A stretch of DNA of 64,000 nucleotides from the NCBI GenBank assembly GCA_023898385.1, contig CP060220.1:1676993-1740992 (forward strand). Direction: 5' to 3'. The DNA comes from Pseudobdellovibrionaceae bacterium (GTDB taxonomy: Bacteria > Bdellovibrionota > Bdellovibrionia > Bdellovibrionales > UBA1609). Positions 47,092 through 56,212 of this stretch are shown piece by piece. Position 1 is the stretch's first letter; each line of letters begins with the position of its first letter. The position numbers and the translations under genes are program-made. A model generated the notes under the pieces. The model was given only the letters and a program-made list of their open reading frames with translations. It did no database searches and had not been told where the DNA came from.

Positions 47092-47946
47092 CTACTTTTC
47101 GGCGATGATGTAGGCCACCCAAGCCTCACACTCTTCGCCCACACTCACGGGTTTGAATTCACCGTCGCCTTCGCCGTCTTTGTCGGTCCCTTCCCAGTAG
47201 ACTTGAACCTTTTTGAAGCCCACCTCTTCGAGCAGATCTCGAATCTCTGGGATCGACCACATTCGCCAATCGTAGGTAAAGACCTTCTGTCGTTTTTTCT
47301 CGCCCTTCACTTTAAAGTGAATATAAAACATCGCATGATTATTTACCGGGTCGAAACTATCTTGATCCCAAAAATAACTAAATTTATCGTGCTCTGTCTC
47401 TTCTTCATTGGGCTCTTGGCACTGACTGCCACCAAAACAATCTAAAAACAACACCCCATCTTTTTTTAATCTGTGGTGGCAACTTTTTAAATAGTCTTTT
47501 AACTGCTGTCTTGTTTTAAAAATAAAATAAGAAAAGTTCAGCCCCGCGATGATATCTGCCTTTGGCAGCTCGGGATTTAAGACATTGTCATTGTATATCG
47601 TCACGCGCTTTTGTTGGTCTTTATTTAGCTCCGACAAATAATGCTGCTTTCCGTATTCAATGGGCTCAGGGTCTAAATCCACACCGATAGCCTTGTTATC
47701 CTTGTGCCTCTTCACCCATGAGCAGGAGTTGGCAAATGTACCACAAAAGTCCTCGCAAAAAACGGTGGCTCGTTTCTTTTTTAATTGCTTGTAGGTGGCC
47801 TCAAAGAACTCCACATCTGTATCTGACGACTGTACAGAAGCATGGTAGTAAAAATACTTGTCGAAGGCTTCTTTCTTTTTGTGCTTTGTATGAATGCCGT
47901 GAGCTTTGTTCTTACTCATTTCTGATCCTACCTTAGTTGTTTCCAT
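47092..47946 (-). CDS. class I SAM-dependent methyltransferase
   Basis: Motif I-like FCEDFCGTFANS, then AIGVDLDPEPIEYG and VLFLDCFGG. Confidence 0.65.
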   Translation of the reverse strand: METTKVGSEMSKNKAHGIHTKHKKKEAFDKYFYYHASVQSSDTDVEFFEATYKQLKKKRATVFCEDFCGTFANSCSWVKRHKDNKAIGVDLDPEPIEYGKQHYLSELNKDQQKRVTIYNDNVLNPELPKADIIAGLNFSYFIFKTRQQLKDYLKSCHHRLKKDGVLFLDCFGGSQCQEPNEEETEHDKFSYFWDQDSFDPVNNHAMFYIHFKVKGEKKRQKVFTYDWRMWSIPEIRDLLEEVGFKKVQVYWEGTDKDGEGDGEFKPVSVGEECEAWVAYIIAEK

Positions 47947-47969
47947 TTTAAGCTTTCCAAATCAAAATT

Positions 47970-49025
47970 TTATGGGACTTCTTCTAAAGTCTCACGAATT
48001 GAAGAAATAATATCGTTCACTTGCGGCACTGAGGCCTCTTCGAGGCTCGCATGCAGACCTATGCCCGGCAAATTCTTACCGGCTACTACTCGAGGTCTCG
48101 CATAGAGATCATAAAACAACTCTTGTACCACTCTATAAACCAAGTGTTCGGCAAAATTTGTAACTTCGGTGTCCTCGTTCACGAAAACCACTCGCTTTGT
48201 TTTGGTCACAGAGGATTTAATGAGCTGCCAATCATAGGGATAGATTGAACGCAGATCAATGACCTCCACCGATACGCCCTCAGAAGAAAGTATATCTGCC
48301 GCCTGATTCGCCATCAAAACATGACGACCGTAAGTGACAACGGTAATGTCTTGGCCCGCCCATGTCACCGCACCTTTACCAATGGGCACTGTGTAGTCTT
48401 CTATCTTTGGCCACTTCGGCTTCCACTTACTACGATCACCCACCGGGGCATCAATCATGGCTTTAAGTGTTTTTTCGTCCTCTGGCTCACCGGGGATCAA
48501 ATCCTCCCCGCGCACTCGCATCAACGCTTTGGGCTTTAAAAACAATACGGGATTGGGGTCTTTAATCGCCGCCAGCAATAGACCATAAGCATCTCTCGGG
48601 TTCGAAGGCATGACCACTTTCCATCCTGGAAGCCTTGATGCCCAAGCATCAAAGCTATGGCTATGGTACACCGATCCCCGAATTCCGGCTCCCACGGGAG
48701 TCATCACAACCATGGGCAAATGGTAATTGCCATTAGTGACCCAATGGGTGTTCCCGGCAATCTTCAATAAATCAATGGTGTTAAATATGTAATCACAAAA
48801 CTGAATCTCAGCCACACACCGGTCCCCTGTCATCGCAATGCCGATGGCAGCACCAATTATGCCTCGTTCGTCTAATGGGCTGTTCCACGCTGTTTTTAAG
48901 CCCTGAGTGGCGGTGAAAACCCCACCCAGAGGGGCACCCACATCTTCACCAAAAATATCTGTCACACCTAGCTGGCTTTCACCATAATGAAGGGCCATAC
49001 GAATAGCTTGCGCCATGTTTGCCAT
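47970..49025 (-). CDS. 2-oxoacid dehydrogenase E1 component, beta subunit
   Basis: FGEDVGAPLGGVFTAT, ERGIIGAAIGIAMTG and transketolase-C-like end. The ATG overlaps the alpha subunit stop (TAATG). Confidence 0.88.
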   Translation of the reverse strand: MANMAQAIRMALHYGESQLGVTDIFGEDVGAPLGGVFTATQGLKTAWNSPLDERGIIGAAIGIAMTGDRCVAEIQFCDYIFNTIDLLKIAGNTHWVTNGNYHLPMVVMTPVGAGIRGSVYHSHSFDAWASRLPGWKVVMPSNPRDAYGLLLAAIKDPNPVLFLKPKALMRVRGEDLIPGEPEDEKTLKAMIDAPVGDRSKWKPKWPKIEDYTVPIGKGAVTWAGQDITVVTYGRHVLMANQAADILSSEGVSVEVIDLRSIYPYDWQLIKSSVTKTKRVVFVNEDTEVTNFAEHLVYRVVQELFYDLYARPRVVAGKNLPGIGLHASLEEASVPQVNDIISSIRETLEEVP

Positions 49026-50116
49026 TAGAACTCCCTCCAATTTCCATTTTCATTATCTACGTAGCAATGATCCCAAACACTATCGGCCGATGGCGATGGT
49101 TCTGTGCGCACAAGTTCTTGCGCCGCCCGAGCCTCTTTTTCAAATGCCTCCCAAGTGGATTGCACATCTTTGGCCGTAATCACACCTGATCGCAACAGTT
49201 GTTCTTCAAAATCAAGTAGGCAATCGGGTTCATCAACGCGATTTGCACCTGACGCCGAGGAGTGTCCGTATAACCGAGAAACATGAGCTTCTAGCAACAC
49301 TGGCTTTCCTGTTTTTCGAATGTACTGCATTTCTTCCTGCAATCGAATGTAAGATTCAACGGGATCATTCCCTTGAATAACAGCTGTTCGAATATTAAAG
49401 GCCTTCCCGCGATCAGCAATGCTGTCTTCACCATGTTGACCTTCATAGGACGTAGAAATACCCCACTTGTTATTCTGAACTGTGATCAACATCGGCAATT
49501 CGTGGCCCTTTCGGCTAGCCCACACTAGACAAGAAGCAAAATCACCCTCTGCCGTTCCTGCATCGCCACCTGTAATGATGGTGATCCCTTTGGCTTTCTT
49601 ACGGTGTTGAGCCCAGGCCGTGCCAATGGCAATGCTGTACTGAACCTCAATAGGCGAAGATACGGGAGTGACATTCCATTCAGGAAAGCAATAGTGGTTT
49701 GAAAAGTTTCGACCACCCGTTGACGGATCTGTGGAGCGATTCATCATCAATCGAATAGAGTCTACCGACGACATACCCATTGCCACCAAGGTGGGCGTGC
49801 ATCGGTAATGTAAATGCAAGTAATCGTGATTGTGACCTTGACCCTTGTTAACCAATAAACCCAATGGAACTCCAAAGGCTTCTTCCCCAGGGGCACCAAT
49901 CCAAAAATAGGACTCCCCACCTTTGTAAATCTTAATCAGTCGCTCTTCGAGAACTCGTGACTTGACCATTAACGAATGTATCTGCCGCAAAAGGTCCTTC
50001 GACAGTGCCGAATGGCTGCTACCTTTTTTAGAACCTTTGTTTTTCGATCTTCCTGACTCTGATGAGGATGAAGATGCGTTGGAAGTTAATCTCGCCATAA
50101 CCCCTCTTATGAACAA
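49025..50116 (-). CDS. 2-oxoacid dehydrogenase E1 component, alpha subunit (TPP-binding), with a Ser/Lys-rich N-terminal extension
   Basis: GGDAGTAEGDFASCL and NNKWGIST TPP-binding region. The N-terminus is SNASSSSSESGRSKNKGSKKGSS. Confidence 0.85.
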   Translation of the reverse strand: MFIRGVMARLTSNASSSSSESGRSKNKGSKKGSSHSALSKDLLRQIHSLMVKSRVLEERLIKIYKGGESYFWIGAPGEEAFGVPLGLLVNKGQGHNHDYLHLHYRCTPTLVAMGMSSVDSIRLMMNRSTDPSTGGRNFSNHYCFPEWNVTPVSSPIEVQYSIAIGTAWAQHRKKAKGITIITGGDAGTAEGDFASCLVWASRKGHELPMLITVQNNKWGISTSYEGQHGEDSIADRGKAFNIRTAVIQGNDPVESYIRLQEEMQYIRKTGKPVLLEAHVSRLYGHSSASGANRVDEPDCLLDFEEQLLRSGVITAKDVQSTWEAFEKEARAAQELVRTEPSPSADSVWDHCYVDNENGNWREF

Positions 50117-50207
50117 TCTACAATGATTACTAAGGGGTACTAACGAGCACAGACAAAGTCAAAAACTAAACCCGTCGGCTCAGCTTAAATTCAGTGGAAT
50201 CAAAGCG

Positions 50208-52256
50208 TTATTGGTCTTCTGATTTTGAACCGACCTTTATGTCAACTTTACCCAGTTCGGCGGCCAAATCAGCTGCAATATTTACGGCTTCTTGAATATC
50301 AGCACGCTCAAGGTATTTTTTCTGTTTTTCTTCTTTTGATAAGATGCGATCAGGGTCCACGCCCTTTTTCTTTTCTTCGGCCCGCTTCTCTTCACGCTCC
50401 TTCAGGATCTCACCAACTACAATAGTGCGACCTTGCTTTTTGGCCTTTTTGATTTCATCTTCAACTTCTTTAAAATCCTTGTTTTTTGCCACTCGTTTTT
50501 TTGAAGCTTGCTTCAAATTGCGGATGATTTTTCCGTCAATGGGATGCCAATACCCCACTCCCGCAGGAACAAACGCCTCTGCCGACAAAAAGGGTTTAAT
50601 GCTCTTAGGTGGCAATGAATAGTCTAGAGTTTTCTCGCCAATTTCATCGGTTGAATAGGGACTTGGAAACTCTATATCTGCATCAACTCCCCGATGCTGG
50701 GTAGAGTTACCCCCTGGAGTAAAAAACATTCCCACCGTCGTCTTTAGCGCGCCAAATGCCCCACCCCTCAAAGGTTGCACAGACTGCACACTGCCCTTAC
50801 CAAAGGTGTGGTCGCCGCCCACAATAATCGCCCGCTTGTAATCCTTAAGGGTGCCAGAAACAATTTCAGAAGCACTGGCAGAAATTCGACTGATCAGCAC
50901 CACAAGTGGGCCTGGCCAATCCACTTTTGGATCTAAATCAGCCAATTCTTGCGCCGGCCGACCGATGTCGCGGCTGGATTGCTTCACCACATTCCCCACT
51001 CTAAAAAACAAACCTGCAATTTTCACAGCATCATCGAGTGATCCACCACCATTAGTTGACAAATCAAAAACTACTGAGTCCACATTCTTATCACGCACTT
51101 CAGCTAGAAGCTTCTTAACGTCACTTGCCGCCGAACGGCCACCCTTTCGCGTATCCGCGTAAAACGATGGAAGATCCAAAAGAGCTATTTTATAGGTCTT
51201 ATCCCCCACCTTACGATCTAAGTAAGTAACCGCAGCGGCTTCGTCCTCCAGATCCACTTTTTGCCGAACCAACGTCACAGTAAGTGTTTCATTCTTCTTG
51301 GCCGATTTTCTTAAAACCCGCAGCCGCACCTTTGAGCCCTTTGGCCCACGAATTCGGCGAACCACATCACGCAATTCCATTTCAATCACATTTTCAAATT
51401 CACCCTGTTCGCCCTGGGCCACTGCGATGATTTTATCTTGTGTTTTTAACTGATTGGATTTGTAAGCCGCCCCACCAGGCAATAAATTTTCGATCAGCGT
51501 AAACCCGTCTTTTGAACTCAGGGTAGCGCCAATTCCCTCTAAGGAAAGATTCATATTGATTAAAAAATCCTCCCAGCTGTCCCGTGAAAAATAACTCGAA
51601 TGAGGATCTAGTGCGTGAGCAAAGGCATCGATATAAGTAGCCCAAAGATCTTCTGTTTCATAAGTGCGCACCCGGCGCTCCACTCGTTCGTAGTTTCGCT
51701 CCACATACTTCTTGGCTTCGGCCATTTCCATATCCGTGGCCAAATAGTTGGCGACTTGAAACTGAAGATACTGCTTCAGAAATTTCTCGGCTTGCGCTTT
51801 ACTCGCTGGATAGGCCCGCTCATCGGCATCCAGGTTTAAAGAGGTTTTTGGATCAAACTTAAAACCCTTATTTAAGTACTGCTTAACAAAAGCCACGCGT
51901 TCAGCCACTCGCTTCACGAGCAAGTCTTGGGCCTCCACAATGGGTGTACACTGCTTATTGGCTGTGGCTTTTACAATCCCTTTTAACTTTCGCTTAAGTA
52001 GAGATACGTCCTTATTTAATAAATAAATCTTTGACCCATCCAATTTTTCAATAAACTGATCAATGGTTCGGTCTTCGATTTCTTTTGACGGCTGATCGTG
52101 AAGAACATGATAGGCCAAAAAACTCCGTTCAATATCCCAAATGTGGTCACAGCTGAGATTACTGGTCGCCGCTTTCTGTGCAAAAGCCTGATATGATATT
52201 AAAAAACCAATAACAATAACTGATAGTCGACTCAAGAAACCTATGGAATACCGCAT
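50208..52256 (-). CDS. S41 carboxy-terminal processing (tail-specific) protease
   Basis: Signal peptide, PDZ region, ISRISASASEIVSGTLKD (nucleophile Ser) and TFGKGSVQS (Lys). Confidence 0.88.
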   Translation of the reverse strand: MRYSIGFLSRLSVIVIGFLISYQAFAQKAATSNLSCDHIWDIERSFLAYHVLHDQPSKEIEDRTIDQFIEKLDGSKIYLLNKDVSLLKRKLKGIVKATANKQCTPIVEAQDLLVKRVAERVAFVKQYLNKGFKFDPKTSLNLDADERAYPASKAQAEKFLKQYLQFQVANYLATDMEMAEAKKYVERNYERVERRVRTYETEDLWATYIDAFAHALDPHSSYFSRDSWEDFLINMNLSLEGIGATLSSKDGFTLIENLLPGGAAYKSNQLKTQDKIIAVAQGEQGEFENVIEMELRDVVRRIRGPKGSKVRLRVLRKSAKKNETLTVTLVRQKVDLEDEAAAVTYLDRKVGDKTYKIALLDLPSFYADTRKGGRSAASDVKKLLAEVRDKNVDSVVFDLSTNGGGSLDDAVKIAGLFFRVGNVVKQSSRDIGRPAQELADLDPKVDWPGPLVVLISRISASASEIVSGTLKDYKRAIIVGGDHTFGKGSVQSVQPLRGGAFGALKTTVGMFFTPGGNSTQHRGVDADIEFPSPYSTDEIGEKTLDYSLPPKSIKPFLSAEAFVPAGVGYWHPIDGKIIRNLKQASKKRVAKNKDFKEVEDEIKKAKKQGRTIVVGEILKEREEKRAEEKKKGVDPDRILSKEEKQKKYLERADIQEAVNIAADLAAELGKVDIKVGSKSEDQ

Positions 52257-52302
52257 GTTGGACCTTTCCCGTTGATCAATCTGGCGTTTCGAATTCTAGA
52301 TC

Positions 52303-52309
52303 TTATCGG
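52303..52309 (-). promoter_or_regulatory. sigma-28-type -10-like element (minus strand GGGCCGATAAGATCTA)
   Basis: It lies about 45 nt upstream of the S41 protease ATG and shares the extended CCGATAAGA motif with the sites at 11572 and 14691. The -35 is TTAA at N15 (3/4). Confidence 0.4.
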
Positions 52310-52351
52310 CCCTAGACTCAAAAATTAAACTCCACTTCAGTCGAGGACTTT

Positions 52352-55114
52352 TCAGTCTGCCGAAGTCGACGCACTACTGCCAGACTTTTCTCCAGCCCGA
52401 CGCCTGATAACTGTAGAACTTTTTGCCGCCTTTTTCTTACCCGGCGCCTTACTCGAGGCCTTTTTTCCAGCCACTTTTTTATTTGCCTTCTTTGCCGCCA
52501 CTTTCTTTTTAGCAGGACCCGATTTTTTCTTAGCTGCCTTTTTCTGTGGCTTCTTCTTGGTCACCTTCGATGCCAACAATTCAATTGCCTGCTCTTTAGT
52601 CACATCTTCAGGCTTAATATCTTCTGGCAAGCTGGCATTTACTTTTCCACATTTGATATACGGACCATACTTGCCCGTGAGTACTTGAATTTCATCTCCC
52701 GAATCCGGATGCGCACCCAGCTCTTTTATGGGCGCCGCTCGTCCACGAACTTTTTTCGGCTGCATGAGCAACTCAATAGCTCGCTCCAAATCCACTTCAA
52801 ATAAGTCGTCCGATTTTGGAATCGAACGGTAATCGCCATCACACACTACGTAGGGGCCAAAACGCCCGAGTCCTTTCTTAATGACTTTTCCAGTTTCTGG
52901 ATGCTCACCCAAAGTTTTAGGCAACTCAAGAAGGCTCAAGGCCTGACCAATAGTTACTGTTTCCGGGTCCATTTGAGGTGGCACTGCAATTCGTTTTGGT
53001 TTTGACTCGGCTCCATCGCCTTCTGCTTCACCCAGCTGCACATAAGGACCATAGCGACCACTCAATACATACACCGGCAAACCGGTTTCTGGGTCTTTCC
53101 CCAGAGCATCGGCTCCATTGATTTTTTGATCAATCAGCTTATTTGCCGATTCCTCTGTCATATCGCCCGGAAAATAATTATCGGGAAGAGAAGCACATAT
53201 CTCTTCTCCCTTTTGTTTTCGGCAAACATAGGCGCCATATCGACCAATTCGAAAGCTTAAACCCTTTAGACCAGGTAGCTCAATATTTCTCGATGTTTCG
53301 TCACTAATCACCGACTCTTGCTTTTCAACTTTTGTTTTTAAACCCGAGTCGCCAAAATATACCGATTTTAAATACTTTTTGTACTCAAGATCACCTTGGG
53401 CGATGTCGTCCAAACGTCGTTCCATATCTGAGGTAAAATCAAGGGCTACGTAATCCGGCAAACTCTCACTCAGTAACTTTGTCACTACCATAGCGGTGAA
53501 CGTGGGCACCAAAGCGTTGCCCACTTTCTTAACATACCCACGATCTTGAATGGTGCTAATAATTACGGCGTATGTTGACGGACGACCAATGCCTTCTTTT
53601 TCCATAAACTGAACCAAAGACGCTTCAGTAAATCGTGCTGGCGGTTTAGTTTCGTGAGGCAAACACTTTAGATCTTTGCATTGAACGACTTCGCCTTTTT
53701 TGAGCTGAGGCAACCGAATTTCACGATCATCCAATGCCGCCTCTGGATCATCTTTACCTTCAACATAAGCCTTTAAAAAACCCGGAAATTCTATAGTCAT
53801 CCCTGATGCACCAAACTCAGCATCGCCCACCCTTATGCGAACGCTCATTTGTTTGTGTTCCGAATTGACCATCTGAGAAGCCACGGTTCGCTTCCAAATT
53901 AAATCGTAAACCTTTAGTTGTTCACCCAACAACCCTGAATCCTCTGGGCGTACAAACTCCGTGCCTGCAGGACGAATGGCTTCGTGCGCCTCTTGCGCGC
54001 CTTTGACCTTTTTCTTGGTGTACGTCCGCGCCTCTGGGGGCAAATAGTTTTTGCCGTACAAACTCGTAATGCAATCGCGGGCCGCTTTAATCGCCTGGTC
54101 AGAAAGTGCGGTGGAATCTGTTCTCATGTAAGTGATAATACCGCGCTCGTAAAGCTTCTGCGCCACTTGCATGGTTTGCTTGGAGCTCATCCCCAATTTT
54201 CTGTTGGCCTCTTGTTGCAATGTGGATGTGATAAAAGGCGGTGCCGGCTTTCGCGATACAGGTCGCTCCTCGACAGAGGAAACCTTCCACTCTTTTTTAT
54301 CAATGCTTTTATAGATTTCTTTGGCATCTGCCTCTTCAAGGTGAAGAACAGTGTCTTTGCGGTCGGCCAGTAGCTTACCCGTTTCGCTGTCAAAATCCTT
54401 GCCAGTTGCAATGCGCTTTTCCTTATAGCTAACAATCTTTGCATCAAACCCCACGGAACTTTTACTCAAAGCACCCACAAGATCCCAATACTCAGCTTTG
54501 TTAAAACGCAATCTCTCTTGCTCTCGTTCAGCAATCAGGCGCACCGCCACTGATTGAACTCGTCCAGCAGAAAGACCGTAGGCCACTTTTTTCCACAACA
54601 AAGGAGAAATTGTATACCCCACCAGACGATCCAGAATTCGGCGGGCTTCTTGCGCTCGGACCAAATCAAGATCCACTTCTCGCACATGTTTAACCGCGTC
54701 CTCGATGGCTTCTTTTGTGATCTCATGAAACACCATGCGCTTCACAGGAACCTTGGGCTTTAACACCTCAACTAAATGCCAACTGATACTCTCCCCTTCG
54801 CGGTCTTCGTCCGTTGCCAGAATCAGCTCGTCGGCATCTTTGAGTTTGTCTTTGAGATCTTTGACAATGCGTACTTTAGTTTTAGGAATACAATATACGG
54901 GCTCAAAACCCTCTTCCACATTCACGCCCAAGTTGGCCCAAGGTTGCTTTTTAAATTTCTCAGGAATATCTTTTGCCGATTGCGGCAAATCGCGAATATG
55001 ACCCATACAGGACTCAACAATGAAGCCTTTGCCTAAAAATTTGCGGATTGTGCGGGCCTTTGTCGGTGACTCCACGATAACGAGCTTGGTTCCACCGCTG
55101 GTATTTTTTGCCAT
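52352..55114 (-). CDS. topA: DNA topoisomerase I with a Lys-rich C-terminal tail
   Basis: KLVIVESPTKARTI (Toprim), ITYMRTDS (catalytic Tyr region), and repeated C-terminal GRYGPY-type zinc-ribbon-like modules. The tail is KKKPQKKAAKKKSGPAKKKVAAKK.... Start at MAKNTSGG (55114). Confidence 0.92.
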   Translation of the reverse strand: MAKNTSGGTKLVIVESPTKARTIRKFLGKGFIVESCMGHIRDLPQSAKDIPEKFKKQPWANLGVNVEEGFEPVYCIPKTKVRIVKDLKDKLKDADELILATDEDREGESISWHLVEVLKPKVPVKRMVFHEITKEAIEDAVKHVREVDLDLVRAQEARRILDRLVGYTISPLLWKKVAYGLSAGRVQSVAVRLIAEREQERLRFNKAEYWDLVGALSKSSVGFDAKIVSYKEKRIATGKDFDSETGKLLADRKDTVLHLEEADAKEIYKSIDKKEWKVSSVEERPVSRKPAPPFITSTLQQEANRKLGMSSKQTMQVAQKLYERGIITYMRTDSTALSDQAIKAARDCITSLYGKNYLPPEARTYTKKKVKGAQEAHEAIRPAGTEFVRPEDSGLLGEQLKVYDLIWKRTVASQMVNSEHKQMSVRIRVGDAEFGASGMTIEFPGFLKAYVEGKDDPEAALDDREIRLPQLKKGEVVQCKDLKCLPHETKPPARFTEASLVQFMEKEGIGRPSTYAVIISTIQDRGYVKKVGNALVPTFTAMVVTKLLSESLPDYVALDFTSDMERRLDDIAQGDLEYKKYLKSVYFGDSGLKTKVEKQESVISDETSRNIELPGLKGLSFRIGRYGAYVCRKQKGEEICASLPDNYFPGDMTEESANKLIDQKINGADALGKDPETGLPVYVLSGRYGPYVQLGEAEGDGAESKPKRIAVPPQMDPETVTIGQALSLLELPKTLGEHPETGKVIKKGLGRFGPYVVCDGDYRSIPKSDDLFEVDLERAIELLMQPKKVRGRAAPIKELGAHPDSGDEIQVLTGKYGPYIKCGKVNASLPEDIKPEDVTKEQAIELLASKVTKKKPQKKAAKKKSGPAKKKVAAKKANKKVAGKKASSKAPGKKKAAKSSTVIRRRAGEKSGSSASTSAD

Positions 55115-55195
55115 ATTGTTATTCCATTCCTGTATTTGACTCGACGCCTCTATTACCACTATGGGCTTCACTGTAGTTTATGATAGAAACAAGGC

Positions 55196-55966
55196 ATGAA
55201 GCCAATCACAAATTTCAAAAACCCTGGAATCAAAGTACTTTTTACTGATATCGACGACACGCTCACACACCAAGGTCGATTGCAAGCTGAGGCCTATGAT
55301 GCCCTTTGGCAATTGCATAATGCGAACATTGCGGTGGTGCCGGTAACGGGTCGACCAGCGGGTTGGTGCGAACTCATTGCCCGCCAGTGGCCCGTAGCGG
55401 GCGTCATTGGCGAAAACGGTGGATTGTATTTCCGGTATCACGAAAAAAAGATGCACAGGCATTATGCATTTCCGGCCACCACACGTAAGGATCATCGAAG
55501 TCGCCTCGAACTCGTAAAGGCGGAAGTTTTGCAACAGGTGCCAGGTGCGGCATTGGCCTCTGATCAGTTTTGTCGCGAAATGGATTTAGCCATCGATTAC
55601 TGTGAAGATGTTGCCCCACTTGACAAAGGCCAGGTGCAAAAAATCGTAGATATCTTTACGAAACATGGAGCCACGGTGAAAGTCAGCTCTATCCACGTCA
55701 ACGGGTGGTTCGGCGACTATGACAAGCTCACCATGTGTAAGGCATTTGCCGAAACCGAACTGCAGATCCGTTTAGATACGCAAGGGTCAATCTGCGCTTT
55801 CGTGGGGGACTCCCCCAATGACGAGCCTTTGTTTGAGTATTTCGAAAACTCCTTTGCCGTAGCGAATGTGAATCGATTTGTGGACGACATGAGTCACTTA
55901 CCCAAATACGTGGCCAAAAAAGAAGGCGGCCTCGGGTTCGCAGAAATTGCCAAGCGAATGTATTAA
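55196..55966 (+). CDS. HAD-IIB family sugar-phosphate phosphatase
   Basis: LFTDIDDTLT (DxD nucleophile), VPVTGRP and GDSPNDEPLF motifs. Confidence 0.8.
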   Translation: MKPITNFKNPGIKVLFTDIDDTLTHQGRLQAEAYDALWQLHNANIAVVPVTGRPAGWCELIARQWPVAGVIGENGGLYFRYHEKKMHRHYAFPATTRKDHRSRLELVKAEVLQQVPGAALASDQFCREMDLAIDYCEDVAPLDKGQVQKIVDIFTKHGATVKVSSIHVNGWFGDYDKLTMCKAFAETELQIRLDTQGSICAFVGDSPNDEPLFEYFENSFAVANVNRFVDDMSHLPKYVAKKEGGLGFAEIAKRMY

Positions 55967-55973
55967 ACATCGG

Positions 55974-56071
55974 CATCCCCAAAAGGTATCGGATTACTTT
56001 TGGTAGCAATAGTGCGTCACCAGAGTGACGCGCCATTGCTACCAAAAGTAATCCGATACCTTTTGGGGATG
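55974..56071. repeat. 98-bp near-perfect palindrome (about 47-bp arms, 4-nt centre)
   Basis: The left arm is CATCCCCAAAAGGTATCGGATTACTTTTGGTAGCAATAGTGCGTCAC, followed by CAGA, then the reverse complement with only two differences. It begins 8 nt after the HAD stop. Confidence 0.9.
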
Positions 56072-56212
56072 TCTTTTCCGGAAAACCATTAACGTAAACT
56101 CTTGCCCTGATATGGCCTTGGACAGAACGAGCCTTTATCACTTTGGTTGACGCAGTGTCGCCACTAAAGGAAGCAGGTACCTATTGCGAACAACACCGGG
56201 TAGCGTTTTTAC

